Shown: positions 50,517 through 64,000 of the stretch, one piece after another
How positions within the stretch are numbered: the stretch's first letter is position 1
How the letters are laid out: every line of letters begins with the position of its first letter
Assembly: GCA_011109175.1 (NCBI GenBank)
Contig: RDEW01000018.1
Span: 493,304 to 557,303, forward strand
Length of the DNA: 64,000 nt
DNA from: Dicyema japonicum
Taxonomy: Eukaryota > Animalia > Dicyemida
Direction of reading: 5' to 3'
The notes under the pieces: generated by a model
What the model was told of the DNA's origin: nothing
What the model saw: the letters and a program-made list of their open reading frames with translations, nothing else
Database searches by the model: none
Position numbers and translations under genes: made by a program

Positions 50517-52085
50517 ATGTTATCAATTATGCTAGAAATGAATCTATTACTTTTGGCATTCTTTGTTGTTTCAAGTTCGTATCAAATTGATGAAACGTCG
50601 ACTGAAAACTTACAACTTCCAAGTTCCACTACTGGCACTGGATATAACTTAGATTACGAAATAAGGTGGTTCAAGACAAATGTAAGGATTTAGAGTATTT
50701 TAGCTTGACCACTTTAACTCCACAAATAGTTATAAATTTAATTTGAAATACATTTATTCTGATAAACACTACAAACCTGGTGGACCGGTATTTTTCTATA
50801 CTGGAAATGAAGGAAGAATCGAAGATTTTTCTGAAAACATGGTTTTTATGCCCATAAGTATTATAGGGATTTGTTTGGGAGATTGCCCCCGCGTTCAACG
50901 CTATTGTTATTTTCGCGGAACATAGGTATTACGGAGAATCACAGCCCTACAGAAATATATCACAAGTCGATTTTAATGTAATCTTCAGGTCAGTCAGCTT
51001 ATTTATTTAACCACGAAACAAGCAATGGCAGACTTTGTTGATCTTATTAGTTCCCTCTTTAATCAGGACACTAAGATTGTGACCTTTGGAGGCTCGTACG
51101 GAGGAATGCTTGCCGCCTGGATGAGAATGCAGTACCCAGAATGGATATCTGGGTTATTGTTTTGATCAAAAATTCAGAGCGATCGCATCATCTGCTCCAT
51201 TATTTAATTTTGATGGAAATGATAATTGTGGAATGTTATTTGAAAAGACGTCATCTGCATTCAGAAGGGCAGAGGAATTTGCTCCGATAAATATTAAGCG
51301 AGTTTGGGAGTTGATGGAATCCGATGAAGGTGGTCTTTGGTTTTATGAAATGAGGTTTATGGAATTCAATTGAAACATGCGAAACCGACATTTTTGTAGA
51401 TAAATTGAGCTACTTTGAGTTAATCCTTGTAAACACGGCGATGGTGAATTATCCAACTCCGTCAAATCTTTTCGTCCTCTTCCCACCTATCCAGTCTCAG
51501 TGATCCCTTAGTTTTTTACTGTTAGGTTATTGCGAGATTCTTCTCGACCCCAAACATGACGGAGGATAAATTAGTAGAAGGAATCAGGAAAACCTTTAAT
51601 TTTTACTTTAATTACTCCGGAAACAGTGGAGACTGCTATGATCTGTATAATGTCTACGGATCCTCAGAAACGGATCATTTCTGGGATTACCAAGTAAATT
51701 AGTGAAATAGTTTAGTCATGCACGGAATTAGGGAACTACCTGTGTTCGAACGAAAGTCCCACGAACATGTTCATCCCTTACACATTTAACGTTTCTCAAT
51801 ATCAAGAGATATGCATGAGCACATATGGAGTTGACTTTCGACCGAATCATGCTACTCGTGAGAACAACCTTACAAATTCCATGAGCAAAATTATATTCAG
51901 CAACGGAGAGCTTGATCCCTGGTATGGTGGTAATGTCGCGAGGACATAAACAATGACATATTTAGTCTTTTGATAGAAGGGGGAGCTCATCATGTCGATT
52001 GAGAAGGTCATCTCCAAATGATTCCTCAAATCTCACAGCCACAAGGAGACGTGAAATCGAAATCATTCGTCAGTGGGTTAATTAG
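50517..52085 (+). CDS. PRCP: Lysosomal Pro-X carboxypeptidase (peptidase S28)
   Basis: Hydrophobic N-terminus, LDHF, FFYTGNEG, AEHRYYGES, FGGSYGGMLAAW.R..YP, FSNGELDPW, GAHH.DL; introns such as 50682-50703. Two 1-bp T-run deletions (~51470, ~52000) are probable errors. Confidence 0.92.
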
Positions 52086-52424
52086 AAATTATCTTAACAT
52101 TAGCTTATTTAACGTTATTCTCTTAAATTCCAAAAATATAGTAAAATTATAGGATTTGGTTTATTAGTCGAATTGGTCCAAGTTGATAGAACGAGGGGCA
52201 TGGTTTTCTTATAGAAACCTGTTGAATGTTATCATATTATTGTTGGTCTCTTTTAATGCATGTAGACTGGGAGAAAAACTAGGGTTCATCTGACACACGA
52301 ACTCGCATTTGGGTCGTTATAACAAAAAGGTGGATGAAGAGCGAAAAGAGAAATGGTTGATTAGGTGCATTTCCATACAAATATTAAGATGGAATTCATT
52401 CACTCGAGATCAGCTACTTTAATA

Positions 52425-52858
52425 GTTTTTGTTCATTTCTATAATAAATTTGTGTTCGAAAAATATAAACTCGTCAAACAGAATGACACGCTCACGCACA
52501 ATTCTTCGCGATTAATGTGCTTTCTTATGTTAATGTTCACTGTGGATTTAGTGACCATTAACTCCACAAATAAAATAACTCCACTTTAACTCCTTAAAAT
52601 CAATTTTTATAAGATTTAAAAAAGATGACTTTTTACCTAAAGATGTCGAGGACCTTGGTAAAATACCTCGTGATGTTTATTGATAAACTTATCCAAAACC
52701 TGAAAAAATTTATCGGAGGCCATTTTGAATGGGAACCGTTTTTGTTCATTTCTTTAATAAATTTGTTTTCGAAAAAATATAAACTCGTCAACCAGAATGA
52801 CACGCTCACGTACAATTTTTCGCGATTAATGTGCTTTCGTATGTTAATGTTCACTGTG
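52425..52858 (+). repeat. ~120 bp direct repeat pair (52425-52544 and 52738-52858)
   Basis: Direct alignment with few substitutions. Confidence 0.9.
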
Positions 52859-53989
52859 TACCTTCGCAGTCAATATTCCTGTTTGAGGCATTGCCACAAC
52901 TGGTTGCTTTACTCTGGCTTTAACGTTTTGATTAAATTTTAGCGAAGGAATTTGTTTTTTTAAACTTATTGAGGAATTATGAAAGTTAGTAAAGTCTTGA
53001 ACTCCATCTACATGCAGTACGTCGAAACATGCATCTCATTTGCCTGTGCTATAGGACCAGTTTATCTCTTGGACACATTCCATGCAATTCAAGCTAGCCA
53101 ATAAAAGGGCTTCCTAAATTACTATGGACATCCAGTCTCCAATGTCTCAGGAAGTAAAATACCCCAACGTGACTAATTGTCTACACAAATTTTTGTTTTG
53201 GTAATGGAAGAGCCATATTAGCTATACCTCCTCCAGACAGGAAACACTTTATTTTAAGTAAAGGAACAGTTATCATAGCTAATCGATGAGGGAGAACCAA
53301 GGAATGCTTTTCACTTCTTTTTTCTTTTTGTTGGGTGTATCTCCTTTATACATTAATTGTGTTAGGCCACTGCGCCACCCGGCCCTGTTCTACTAAACTT
53401 GTAAAATAATGTTAAATCATAAGTAGGTTTGTAACCTGGCTTTTATGCCAAAAGGGTTAACTTAACTGTTTTACTAAATAATAGTTATTGGAACGACTAC
53501 TTCTTCCGGCTCATGAGAGTTCTGGCATATTGTTGCCACCGGATAGATTGATCTGTTGAGAAAATTAAATACCTGTCTGACCATGGAAGTTAAAAATAAT
53601 CACATGACAGATAAAATGACTCTTCCCAACACGACCTACAATGATTAACTTTTGTAGGTTCTTACCTCACTTTCACGTTGACTTGAACTAATATCGATAA
53701 GAGAAAAATAATTTATTAAACATAACCAGAATATAATGAGAATAGAGATAGCCTTTACAAACTAGAGATAGAACATCTCAGGTAGATATCCTTTTCTCAA
53801 TCGTCTATAATAAACCTGGGGGAGAACCCTGTTTACCCTATCAATCGCATCCTTGAGAGCAGATATCCTCTCACCAATGTCGATTGGTTCATTGTAATTT
53901 GAATCAACAATATCTAGCTAACAGTTATATGACCAGTACATCCAACTCGAACTGAGGCGAAGGATCTGATCCCTGCTTTGGCGATTCAG

Positions 53990-55487
53990 CCTCGCCTTCA
54001 ACCGTCAGCTAACGGAATAAACAAATAAGACAACCGAGTGTAGCTCGTCTTCAACGGAAACCATGATTCTTTGCAGAGCCTTGGCTTCCTTAGCCTTCTC
54101 AAAGCACTTCTAAGGTGTATCACCAGCCATACTCCTTTGAGCTTGTCCAGTTTCTCTATTTGCTGGCTTTCCAGAGACTCCGATATAAGGGATTCCTCCT
54201 TAACAGACATCTCCTTTAAATTGGGATGTTTCCTTGGAATGGACTGAGTTCTCTGTCCCATTCCAATAAGCGGGAAAATTCTGCCAATTAAAGGCGATGA
54301 AATCTCCTCAGTGTATTTAAAGTGGTCGAAATTAAAAGAATGTGAAACTAGAGAGGTTATTCTAGCAAAATACCATTAAAATTAAAGGCAGTTGGAAAGG
54401 AATAAGAAAATTGTCGGAAATCATGGCTGGGTGAACCTATTCTCGGTGTAGATTTTAAAGGAACAAAAGCTTTGGGAGGAATTCTGCAATAAACTGAGAA
54501 AAAACCCGCCAAAAAACGAAGGGAATTCAGAGAGTGAGGTCATAATGCCTAAGTAATCAACATTGAGTTCAGCTAAACTAAAAAGCACAAAACGTACATT
54601 CACTGTGGGCAAATGCGCAGAAAATGCCACGTGGACAGTACTGAGTGGCCAAAAAATCTGAACATCTAGTAGACTTATAGATCTAGTTGTTTAAGATAAG
54701 GTTTAACCTCAGGGTGGAACTGCTGCTCTATTTTAGTGTGAGAATGGTTGCATTGCTTATCAGAGCACTCTTCATTATCGCCCTTTATGGCGGTACAAAA
54801 CGTCGATCTTAAGTTTAGGCGGGAAAAAAACGAATATTGCTTGTAAACCCAGGGTCGTCGGTTGTCTCGCTTGCTGTGGTAGAAAGGGCACATGAGAATG
54901 TTCCTGCAGTGTCTAGCATAACATTTCTCGGTTTTGTAGTACAGCAAGATGCTCAAGTGCTCTAAAATAAGGCGAAAAAAAACTCTTCCAGTACTCCAGA
55001 TCGAATGTGGTACTCTTCTGAGTCCAAATCGAGAGAACGTCAGAACGTTGATGGGAGTTGTCCAGTGTTGGGATCTTAAGTTCTCGAGGAGAGTGGGCAA
55101 ATGGACAAAATTCACCATTTATACTGCAATGGCCTGACTCATTGAGTGAGTACTGGCATATGACAGTCCTAAGGTAGCGTGGGTGGTACATTCGTTCAGT
55201 ATCACAGAAATTGCGATGTAAGAAGCGACACCTAGTGTAAAATAGCTTATTACTGGTCTTCGTAATAGCAGCAACCAGTTGTCTCGTCATAGAAGGTGCA
55301 GTAAATGTCGGAACTGTAGTTAAACTGACCGGTGTCCTTGATGAAGACATTTCGTCTCCGCTGATTCTCGAAATGCCAGTTAAAGCAGGTCGTGGGTTTG
55401 TGGAACTGGCAGTTTCCAAAAACAAAATCTGAGCATTTTTGAACACGAAACAATTCTAAATTTGTTTATTTACCAACCCAATGTCAT
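53990..55487 (-). CDS. UNK: Unkempt-family tandem CCCH zinc-finger RNA-binding protein (3' end uncertain, may extend to ~53300)
   Basis: ATG 55487 with 22-nt introns gives FRVQKC...CFNWHFENQRRR, CRFLH...DTER.YH.RY, CPFAH, YKTEKC...CPFYH, EQQFHPE|IYKST.C...CPRG.FCAFAH. Confidence 0.92.
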
Positions 55488-56482
55488 CTGTGGCTTTGAA
55501 ATGTTATTTTTTAAGATTTAAATTTTATTTATAAATTTTATAATGTTTCAACATTTATTGGCTTTAAACTTTACAATTTAAATAGCCAAGTGAGGAGACG
55601 CCCAATGCCTAGCTGGCATCAGGAGGATCCAACTATTTTTCTTTGGGGGACAATGTCGTTACCTGGAGACAAGTTCTGGAATGCTGGAACGAGTCAGGAT
55701 CAAAGAGTTAGTTAGCTTGTTACCCTTGGTCTTTGGAATAATTTTTAAGTCGTTATCAGATACGCTTGAGCGGTATGGATCGCCCCGTTTTCGCTATTGG
55801 AGTAGGGTAAATTCGAATCAAGAATAATGACATCCTTAAGAGTTTTTTCAATATCGATAATTTCATTAAATTTAAAAAAATTGGACTGATTTAGTATTTT
55901 TGGTTTTCAAAAAAATTTAACTATTTTTCTAATAAAATCCTATGATTTTATAATAGGTTGAGGGTAGTGCCCTTATCTTCTCATGACGGGTGTAACTCAT
56001 ATTCACTTTCTTGTGTACTCAAACCAAATGGCAGCCAGAAGAGACATCGTGAACAAGAAGTAATAGTCAAATATATAGAAAGTGAACATCCCCTAGTATT
56101 GTCTAGGAATCCGACGATTCAATTACAATCTAAATGGTCGGATTTTAATTTAAAACAAAAGTTTTGAACAAATAAAAACATTTTCGAATAAGTGAGTGAA
56201 CCATATATGAAGAATTTGAGTTTCTGAAAATTTCGATCAATATCATCCTGTCAAGTGGCGTGACCTTAAATGCTAATTTCAAAAACTTTCCACTTTAATC
56301 ATTTCTGGGCACTAATACAAGATCCCAGAGATGGGTGATACCGCACTTGGGTAAAACAATCAAATCTTGATTTTTTTAAATTCTTATTTAAAAACTTTTC
56401 TTTTTATAAATGCAATAATAATAATAAAATACTTATTTCAAGTCTTCTAGCACTTTAAATCAAACTAGACACCTTTTTTTTT

Positions 56483-59250
56483 GGTTGAGGTGGTGACGTC
56501 CCTTTATAGCACATATGTCTTTCTCACGTCTAATATCTAACTGCCCTTTTTCTGTTGGTACCCTGAATGTAAGAGGACTCAATCCAACATACAAGAAGCT
56601 TCAGCTGTCACGTGATTAGGATCACTATAAGGTATCAGTATGCTGCCTACAGGAAACAAAAATAACTGACAGCACACGCATGCGGGTGGGAAATTATCAT
56701 TTGATTACCCTTCCAACAACGTGTCGTCACTATGGACTTGGATTTGCTATTCATCACACATTGTATAGTCGTATATCTCGGATGTGGGTCGTTACAGACA
56801 GGATTGCGGTACTGCAAATCTGGTGGGGAAGCAAACCAAACTCTACAGTGACAATCATCAACATATACGCCCCGACTGGAATCAGGGCATCTGCCAATCC
56901 AGAAGAACTAGACGAATTCTACTCCGCCCTCATAAGGGTTTACAACACTCTCAGTTCTTCATATTTTTGCTTAATTGCAGGAATGCAAAGCAGGAAAAGC
57001 CAGATCTGGAGAAACTTGTATCGGATCTCATGGAAGAAATCGGCGAAACACGCCCGGAATGGCATTAATCCACTTTTGCACTTCCTTGGATCTGTTTTTG
57101 TGCAATACGGCATTCCGTCACCCAGCGAGACACAAGACGACGTGGACTGGAACTAGGAAGGATTTGAAAGGAAATTACATAAAATATATAATCAAATTGA
57201 CTACATACTATGCAGACGAGGTCACAAACATCTTGAACTTAATGATATCGACGAAACTAAACCTGTTCATATTATTTGGGACAAAGTCGATAAAAGGTAC
57301 AGCATGTGATGTGTTGGGAAGTATTACAAAACCCGTAAATTTTACAATCATGATATTTGCGTCCTATCAGAAAACCAGAAAGCCTTGAGATTGAAGATAG
57401 AAAACTCAAGGTCTCCAGAAAAGGCCAAGGAACTTCGGCAACAACGAAACCGAACATTATTAAAAATCAAGCAAACTCAGAAATCCCTAACGGCTAAAGA
57501 AATAGAAAAACAAATTGAAGACATTGAAAAATATAAAGATGGAGTGAAAATGTTCAAAGCTATTCAATTAATTAATAAGAAAAAGAGTGCAAGCCCCATA
57601 ATAATCAATGACATCCTTGGCAGAATAATTATCGATGAAAAGGACAAAGCAGCTACTATATCTGCTTATTACTATCATATGCTCAACTGGGACAACGAAA
57701 TAGGCTATAAATTTGGTGCACAAGTCAACCATGGTTTGGACATCCCAATAAACACACAAGAAACACTGGATGCAATTAAAAAATTGAAAAATGACAGATC
57801 GGCAGGACCAGAGAATATCCCAGCCGAACTTATAAAGTATGCCCCAGTGAAGTTGGTAACAATCATTACCAATATACTCAACAAAATATTTGAAGAAAAC
57901 ACTACGTTAGACATTGGCAAGGGTTGGTTAATTCCACTGCAAAAACCGGGAAAACCCAAAGGGCCCCTTTCCAACCTAAGACCAATCATCCTACTAACTA
58001 CGCTGCGAAAAATCTTGTCAATCATTACATTGGAAAGAATCAAAGACAAGGTGGAGTATTTTCTGTCACCAGGACAAAGTGGTTTCCGGTCAGGCAGATC
58101 CACTGCCGATGTCATTTGGACACACAGATGGTCAAGTGCTCTATGCCAAAAATATAAAAAGTGCATAGATGTTCTCGGAATAGACATGTCCAGAGCGTTT
58201 GACTCGGTTCATAGAGGCAAACTTCTTGAAGTACTCACAAGCTTCCTAACAACGGATGATGTCAAAATTATACAAAAACTACTGCAGAATACGCAACTAG
58301 CAACCAAACTCGGAAAAACTACTTCAGAATTCTTTTATACTTCACGTGGAATTCCGCAAGGAGACTCTTTGTCACCAGTTCTATTCATAATCTACCTGGA
58401 GGCTGCACTGAGAGATTTCAGGCCTTTAATTGAGAACAACAAAATAATCGAGTTAATATATGCAGACGATCTTGACTTTGTTTCTGAAGATGTTGAAATT
58501 CTTCATCACGTTCTCAAGAACTTACCAAATGCCTTTTCTAAATGGTTCTTAGTTGTCAACCAAGACAAAACTGAATATACAAAACTTGTACGAGTTGTAC
58601 GCACTTACGATGAATCATGGAGAAGGCATAAAAAAGTTGGTTCACTACTTGGAGACTCAGAAGATGTTACCCACAGAAAAATCCTTTCCACTGCTGCATA
58701 TAAAAAATTCTTAACTATCTGGCGTTCTAAGAAGAGCATAACTACGAATACAAAGCTAAAATTGTATAAAACATTCGTGGTTCCAGTCCTGACATACAAC
58801 TGTGGGACATGGGGGATTACGAAACGGGAAATGGACAATCTGGATCAATTTCATAGAAATCAACTAAGAAACATCTTGAGAATACATTTCCCGAAAAAGA
58901 TATCAAATTCAGAACTGTACAAAAGATGTGGTTTAAGGCCATTATCAGAGGAGATTCTCAAGGCTAGGTGGAGACTTTTTGGTCACATCTTACGAATGGA
59001 TATGTTGACTCCACCAAACATTGCAATGGAGAAGTATTTCGCACAACTGAAGGGATCATTCCGTGGCAGGCCTAGAGTGACGTTGCCTTCAGTACTAAAT
59101 GATGACCTAATCCGAATAAACAAAACTCTACGAAATGGTGAAGATCTTGACTCACTACGAGCAATGGCCCGGAACAAGGGAACATGGAAAAGGATGTGTG
59201 GGAGGATACTGGACGTGGCACAAGGGGAACTTAATTAATTTAATTAATTT
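56483..59250 (+). mobile_element. Near full-length RTE-type LINE (single APE-RT ORF with a stop and frameshifts in the APE part)
   Basis: ATG 56515; GTLNVRGL, CCLQETK, NIYAPT, SAGPE, RPIIL, QSGFR, DMSRAFDSV, GIPQGDSLSP, YADD, LTYNCGTW, ARWRLFGHILR, RGRP; (TAAT)-type tail. Confidence 0.95.
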
Positions 59251-60369
59251 TTGATTTCCCGGGAGTGCTTAAAAAAGACACCTGAGTTATCGTGTCACAT
59301 ATATACATACAACATTGAGCTTAAATAAGTATACAAGGTCCAGGAGAGACTAACGTCGTTTGTCAAATAATCGAAGCTCGCGACAAGCCCTCCGCAGGTG
59401 TCAGGTTTAACCACATTTTGTTATTGAAATAATTAGGTGATCCCAGCTTGCTTGTATCCCCAGGACCCCTCCGTTGGACTACTATGTTCATCGGTCTGTT
59501 TGGACCCTCGGCACCGCCCATTTGACCCAAACAAGACATGTGAAATGGCTGGAGAAGAGGGACTTGTGAAGCGTCCAGACCGCAGAGACAGGACTATTAA
59601 ATAACTCTCTAATATAACTCCTAATTTTTTTTAATAAAGTTGTTTCGGTTTCGCTGGGTTTTGCCGGTGTATTGGTTGTACCAATAGTGTCTCTATTTTT
59701 AATGAAAATCGATATGTAACATCTAGCGAATGAGAAATAATAAATGTCTCATCAGAGCCCTAAATTTGGCTCAGTATTCCTCTTTGAACCCACACAAGTT
59801 GATTGAAAAAGAACTTGCATGTCTCAATGTAACAAGCACACTCCACTATTTAGATTTGACCAACTGTTCCATCACTCTTTGCGTCATTTCTGGATAGGTG
59901 TGATATTAATTTAAAATCCTACAGCCCAAATTCAGAATTCCAATTTGGACTATATTGACAGGTTGAGAACCACTGTTATCAAAGGCTACTACCAAGATTT
60001 TTTAATAACTCTTGATAGCTAGCTAAATGTGCATTTTTCACGTGATAAAGTTAAGCCTTTATCTCGACACAACTCTTTAGGGGATTTTGACATCGTTTGC
60101 CTTGAAATCGACTACTCGACTTGTCCAAGGTGAAAAGGGAGGTAATGGATTTTTCTCGGCTAGTCGATGCCGGTTATTCTTTACCCCAAAATGTATTCAA
60201 TCCAAGTTGTTAGTTGTTACCACGACCCCATTTACTTGTAAAAGGCTCGCAGCTATTAAGTAGGACACAGCAAATGCAGGCCGTGATCTCGACAGCCTCA
60301 ACCAGATTTCTCATCCTTTTCTTGTGCGCCTTCAGGGATCCAACACAGCTTCTCTGTGGACGGGATGAT

Positions 60370-61560
60370 TATGAACATAGAAATTGGAGATGGGTTTGTC
60401 TCCTTCCTTATTTAACTTGCACCTAAGCGATATTCAAACCAATTCTAAGATATTGGACAAACACACTCCGCTACGAAACATCCCAAAATACTTAGAGTCA
60501 ATTTTCGATCGACTACTGACTTTTTCTAAACACGTGGAGGAACAGTGCACAAAAGCCTCTCGCAAAATCAACATTAACTATTTCCTTGTTGGTCAACTTT
60601 TTCAATTCTATCGACAATAGATTTGTTGGTCAAATTCTTTTTTCAATTCTCCATCGATATAGAAAAAGCTTTCGACACTGTCCCAAGAAAACTTTTGATA
60701 AGGAAGATCTTTACGTCAAGAATCCCAACAGCCTGAAAGTCTGGATTGCTAATTTCCTAAATGGAAGAAGAGAAAGAGTGACTGCTGGAAAAACTAGGTC
60801 AGTAACCAAGTTCCTTCCAAATGGGGTCCCTCAAGGATCTCACTGTCACCACACCTGTTCAACCTATTCCTAAATGATATGCCCTCTCTTACCAGCGACG
60901 ATTCTCTGGTTCTGACATATGCGGATGATATAATCTTTGCAGTCAAAGACCAGTGCGTTAATGCTGCTGTATACCGGCTACAAACTTCATTGGACGATCT
61001 GAACTGCTGGCTCGTTAAGAACATTCTACGTACAAGACCCAAAAAGAATACAACAATTTTTACAACAAACAGAAGATTGACAAATTCCGCTCCATGTGTA
61101 ACCATAAATGAAAACTCAATCCCCACGACCAACTCGGTCAAAATACTGGCCGTAACATACGACCCATTCTCGACCTACAGCAAACACACTCTGACAACGT
61201 CATCTCCTCGGCACAACGAAAGCTAAATTTTGTTAAAACACTTCTTGGACAATAATGGCTGTTTAACTCAAATTTGGACTCACTCTACGTGCAGTATATT
61301 CAACCGTCTCTAATTTATGGGTGTGCTGCATGGGGAACCAAATTATCAAACGAGAAAATGGAAAAAATTAATACAGTTCAAAAAATGGCCAGTAAGGCCC
61401 ACTAAACCCTACGCCATTTGAGGAATTAGTGAGGAAAACCGGAGCCTTACTACCACCCCAAAAAGTAAGAAACCCACGCCCAATCAGGAAATGCGTTGGA
61501 ACCCGGGAGGAACACTGAGTAAGAATGAAATGGCTATTCGAGGCGGCCGGAATCACCTGA
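60370..61560 (+). mobile_element. Decayed LINE RT fragments
   Basis: GLSPSLFN, IEKAFDTV, NGVPQGS, TYADD, IQPSLIYGCAAW. Confidence 0.85.
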
Positions 61561-61829
61561 CGGCTATTAGTTATTTAATTTGTCGGTGATTTTTGGTTTT
61601 TAATAATAATAATCTCCAATTTATTTTACAAAAGTAATGTTAAAAATTTAGTCAGAAATATTTCTTTTTTGTTAGCAAAGACGCCTTTTCTACGAGCAAT
61701 TTAGTGTTTGGAGTTCTCCAACACACTCTAGATCATCCACAATTTTCGGTTCTGAACAGTCCAGGTTACTTGTTCCGTCGTCTTGAGAGTCTTTGTTATC
61801 CATTCTCGTATAGATATTATTTATTTCCT

Positions 61830-64000
61830 TTTTTATCTCCTTAGTTCTTTAGACAAAACCAGTCTTATTCCTGTATGAAACAATCATCGACTCAAAAGTT
61901 TTACGTATAACCAATGATTGAATATACGTATAGGTTCTTTCGCTTATGTTCAGAGATCTGGAATGTTCCCACGAGTGCGAGGTTACCAATCCATCCCAGG
62001 TCAGTACTATTGGGACAATCCTCACTTTCGCATGGTGTATTGATTCCAGTTCTTTCGATAAAAGGTCATACTTTCTCAAATTTTCGAATTCTACTTGTTG
62101 GAGATTTTGGGTTGATGTTATACCCACTTCGACCAACAGTATTTGATTTTTTTATCGTAGATAAATAAATCTGGCTTGTTGTGTTCAATGTTTACATCGG
62201 TTTTGATGAAAGTATCAACTCTTATCTCTACCGAATCATTCATCAAAATTGTTTGCACTGAGTGGGTTTTTAATCTTGTTTTGTTTTTGAGACCGTATTC
62301 TTTACAAAAATAGAAGTGAAGGCACCGTACGACTTTATTATGTTTTCTGACGTAATCTCCGTGCAACATTTTGCCAAATCTTATAGCACAATGATCGACG
62401 GTTTACTTCCATTTTTACACAAGGTGCAAATCCTGTTCACTTCTCCAAAGAAGAGATTTCTGTCCTGGTCTAAACAGAACAAGGCTTCCGATTTTGGAGA
62501 ATTGTTATCCACAGAGATGAAAATTCAGTGTTTCCAAATTCTTCCAATAGGTTTTTTTACACTTGTGAATGAAAACTTTTCATACTTATTTGTTTCTTTA
62601 AGTTTTCTTTTTGTAGGTCAATCAAAAATTTACTATCCAGGATAAATGTATTGTCAACAGAGTACTTCTCCCGCAAAAATTCTTCAATGGTAGCCATATG
62701 TTTTACTTAAGGTTTCGGCGTAAAGAATAGCGGAACTTCTTCTGCAACAAGTACTTCTTCCTTTCAAATTGTTCAGAAAACCAAACAACATTCTCTCACT
62801 GAGGAAAGAGATCGAGCACATTCCTCTCCTAGCATGTTTCGAGGTAGGTACAGTCTCTCTTTGCAAGCTGGTTTAAGGTGTATATGATATTTATTCAGCA
62901 AACTACGGATAGAAGTATCAATCTTCTCAAATTCATTCGGTTCCAAATCAATTAATCCGATATAGTAATTGTATAAAGATAATGCATGTTCGTTAATTGC
63001 TTTAAAAAGGTTGACCGAGTTCAATTTAGTGTTTGCTATTTTTTTCTATTCTTTGGCATACTTCAGAAAATATTGTTTTAAGCATGTCTGTCTTGTTAAT
63101 TTGCCCAGATGGGCCTTCCAATACACCCAAATACTTATATCCATCAATTCCAGTTTTTTTCGAGACCAACAGATTTGAAATATAAATTGACTTGTTCCAT
63201 AATCTTAACAATAACTTCATCGTTCGAAATAAGTTTTAGGTCGTCTATGAATAAAAGATGATTAGTTGAAACGATGAAATTGACTGATCATTACTGGTAA
63301 TTGAAACTTTTGGATATCTGTTATTAAGGAATCGACTAAGTGGATCCAACACTAGCACAAATATCATAGGAGACAAACTATCTCCCTGTAAAATTACTCT
63401 TTGTAATTTGATGGTGCGTATATTTTCTTTATTCAAAAAAAGCTTGTGTTTCCAATTTTAAATAAGTATTTTAATTGCGTTAACAATCCACAATGGAATG
63501 TCAGAGTTTTCAAGGACATCGAAGAGAAAATCATAATTTACTGAGTCGAAAGCCATTTTAACGTCAATCCATGCAGCATAAAGTCAAAATCTGTTAGTTT
63601 TGTTAAGTGACTTATTCACCAGAGCCTGTTCCTTAGCACCTTGGGATCTCCTCCTAGTGCCCATTTGGTTTTCAGTAACTAGATCAAATGCTTCCGCATA
63701 GTCAGTTAGCTTCATATTAATGCATTTCGTCATGAGTTTTTATAACGATGGCATGCATGTAATCGGGTGGAAATCTTTTGGAGACTCAGGGGCAGTGCAT
63801 TTTGGGATCAAGTAAGTGAGTCCAGTGAAAAACCACTCTCCGGGCAAAGACGTGAACTTTTTAACACGAAAGTTGAAGACTCCATCGCAGCCTGGGGTCT
63901 TCCAGTTAGGCAGATATTTAATTGTTTTATTAAACTCATTTCTATTAAATCCAACGGGTACATTCTCGACGCCGGTTATTCTTTTTTCAATATCTACCCT
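61830..64000 (-). mobile_element. Second, AT-rich, decayed R4/Dong-like RT-RLE family (runs off the window)
   Basis: QGAKEQALVNK, LQGDSLSP, YKYLG, KERLYLPR, YVRKHNKVV, HNKPDLF, EVGIT...KYD in fragmented frames. Confidence 0.9.

Noticed and set aside
51460-52010. PRCP (and MRPS31, H2A copy 1) as pseudogenes
   Set aside because: Only single-base homopolymer indels with otherwise conserved motifs; assembly error is more likely.
1-64000. CRISPR arrays, rRNA, telomeric arrays, hammerhead/HDV ribozymes, prokaryotic operons
   Set aside because: None seen by eye; a covariance-model (Rfam/Infernal) scan would be needed to exclude small structured RNAs.

Overview
AT-rich eukaryotic nuclear DNA from a compact-gene animal. 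The gene set (CPEB1-like, Unkempt, MRPS31, REDIC1-like) is metazoan, and most introns I can place are only 20-28 nt; by inference this is a reduced parasite such as a myxozoan or dicyemid. The supplied ORF track uses bacterial start codons and ignores introns, so it is misleading for host genes. Bases 1-35389 are a ~19.14 kb direct tandem duplication (1-16248 matches 19144-35389) that ends exactly at a single N (35390). Each unit holds a REDIC1/HEIP1-like meiotic gene, a decayed retinoblastoma-family relic interrupted by a 0.5 kb mini-LINE, a divergent intron-containing histone H2A and many TE fragments. Each unit also holds two complementary deletion derivatives of one R4/Dong-like retrotransposon: element A keeps the RT but has lost the endonuclease, element B has lost the RT but keeps the endonuclease. 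The right half carries tRNA-Thr(CGT), MRPS31, CPEB1-like, an RDH-type SDR, PRCP and UNK among decayed LINE, CRE, hAT and pogo elements plus one near-complete RTE-type LINE. Many single-base homopolymer indels look like assembly errors, so isolated frameshifts are not treated as proof of pseudogenisation. All homology calls are from recognised motifs; no database search was run.
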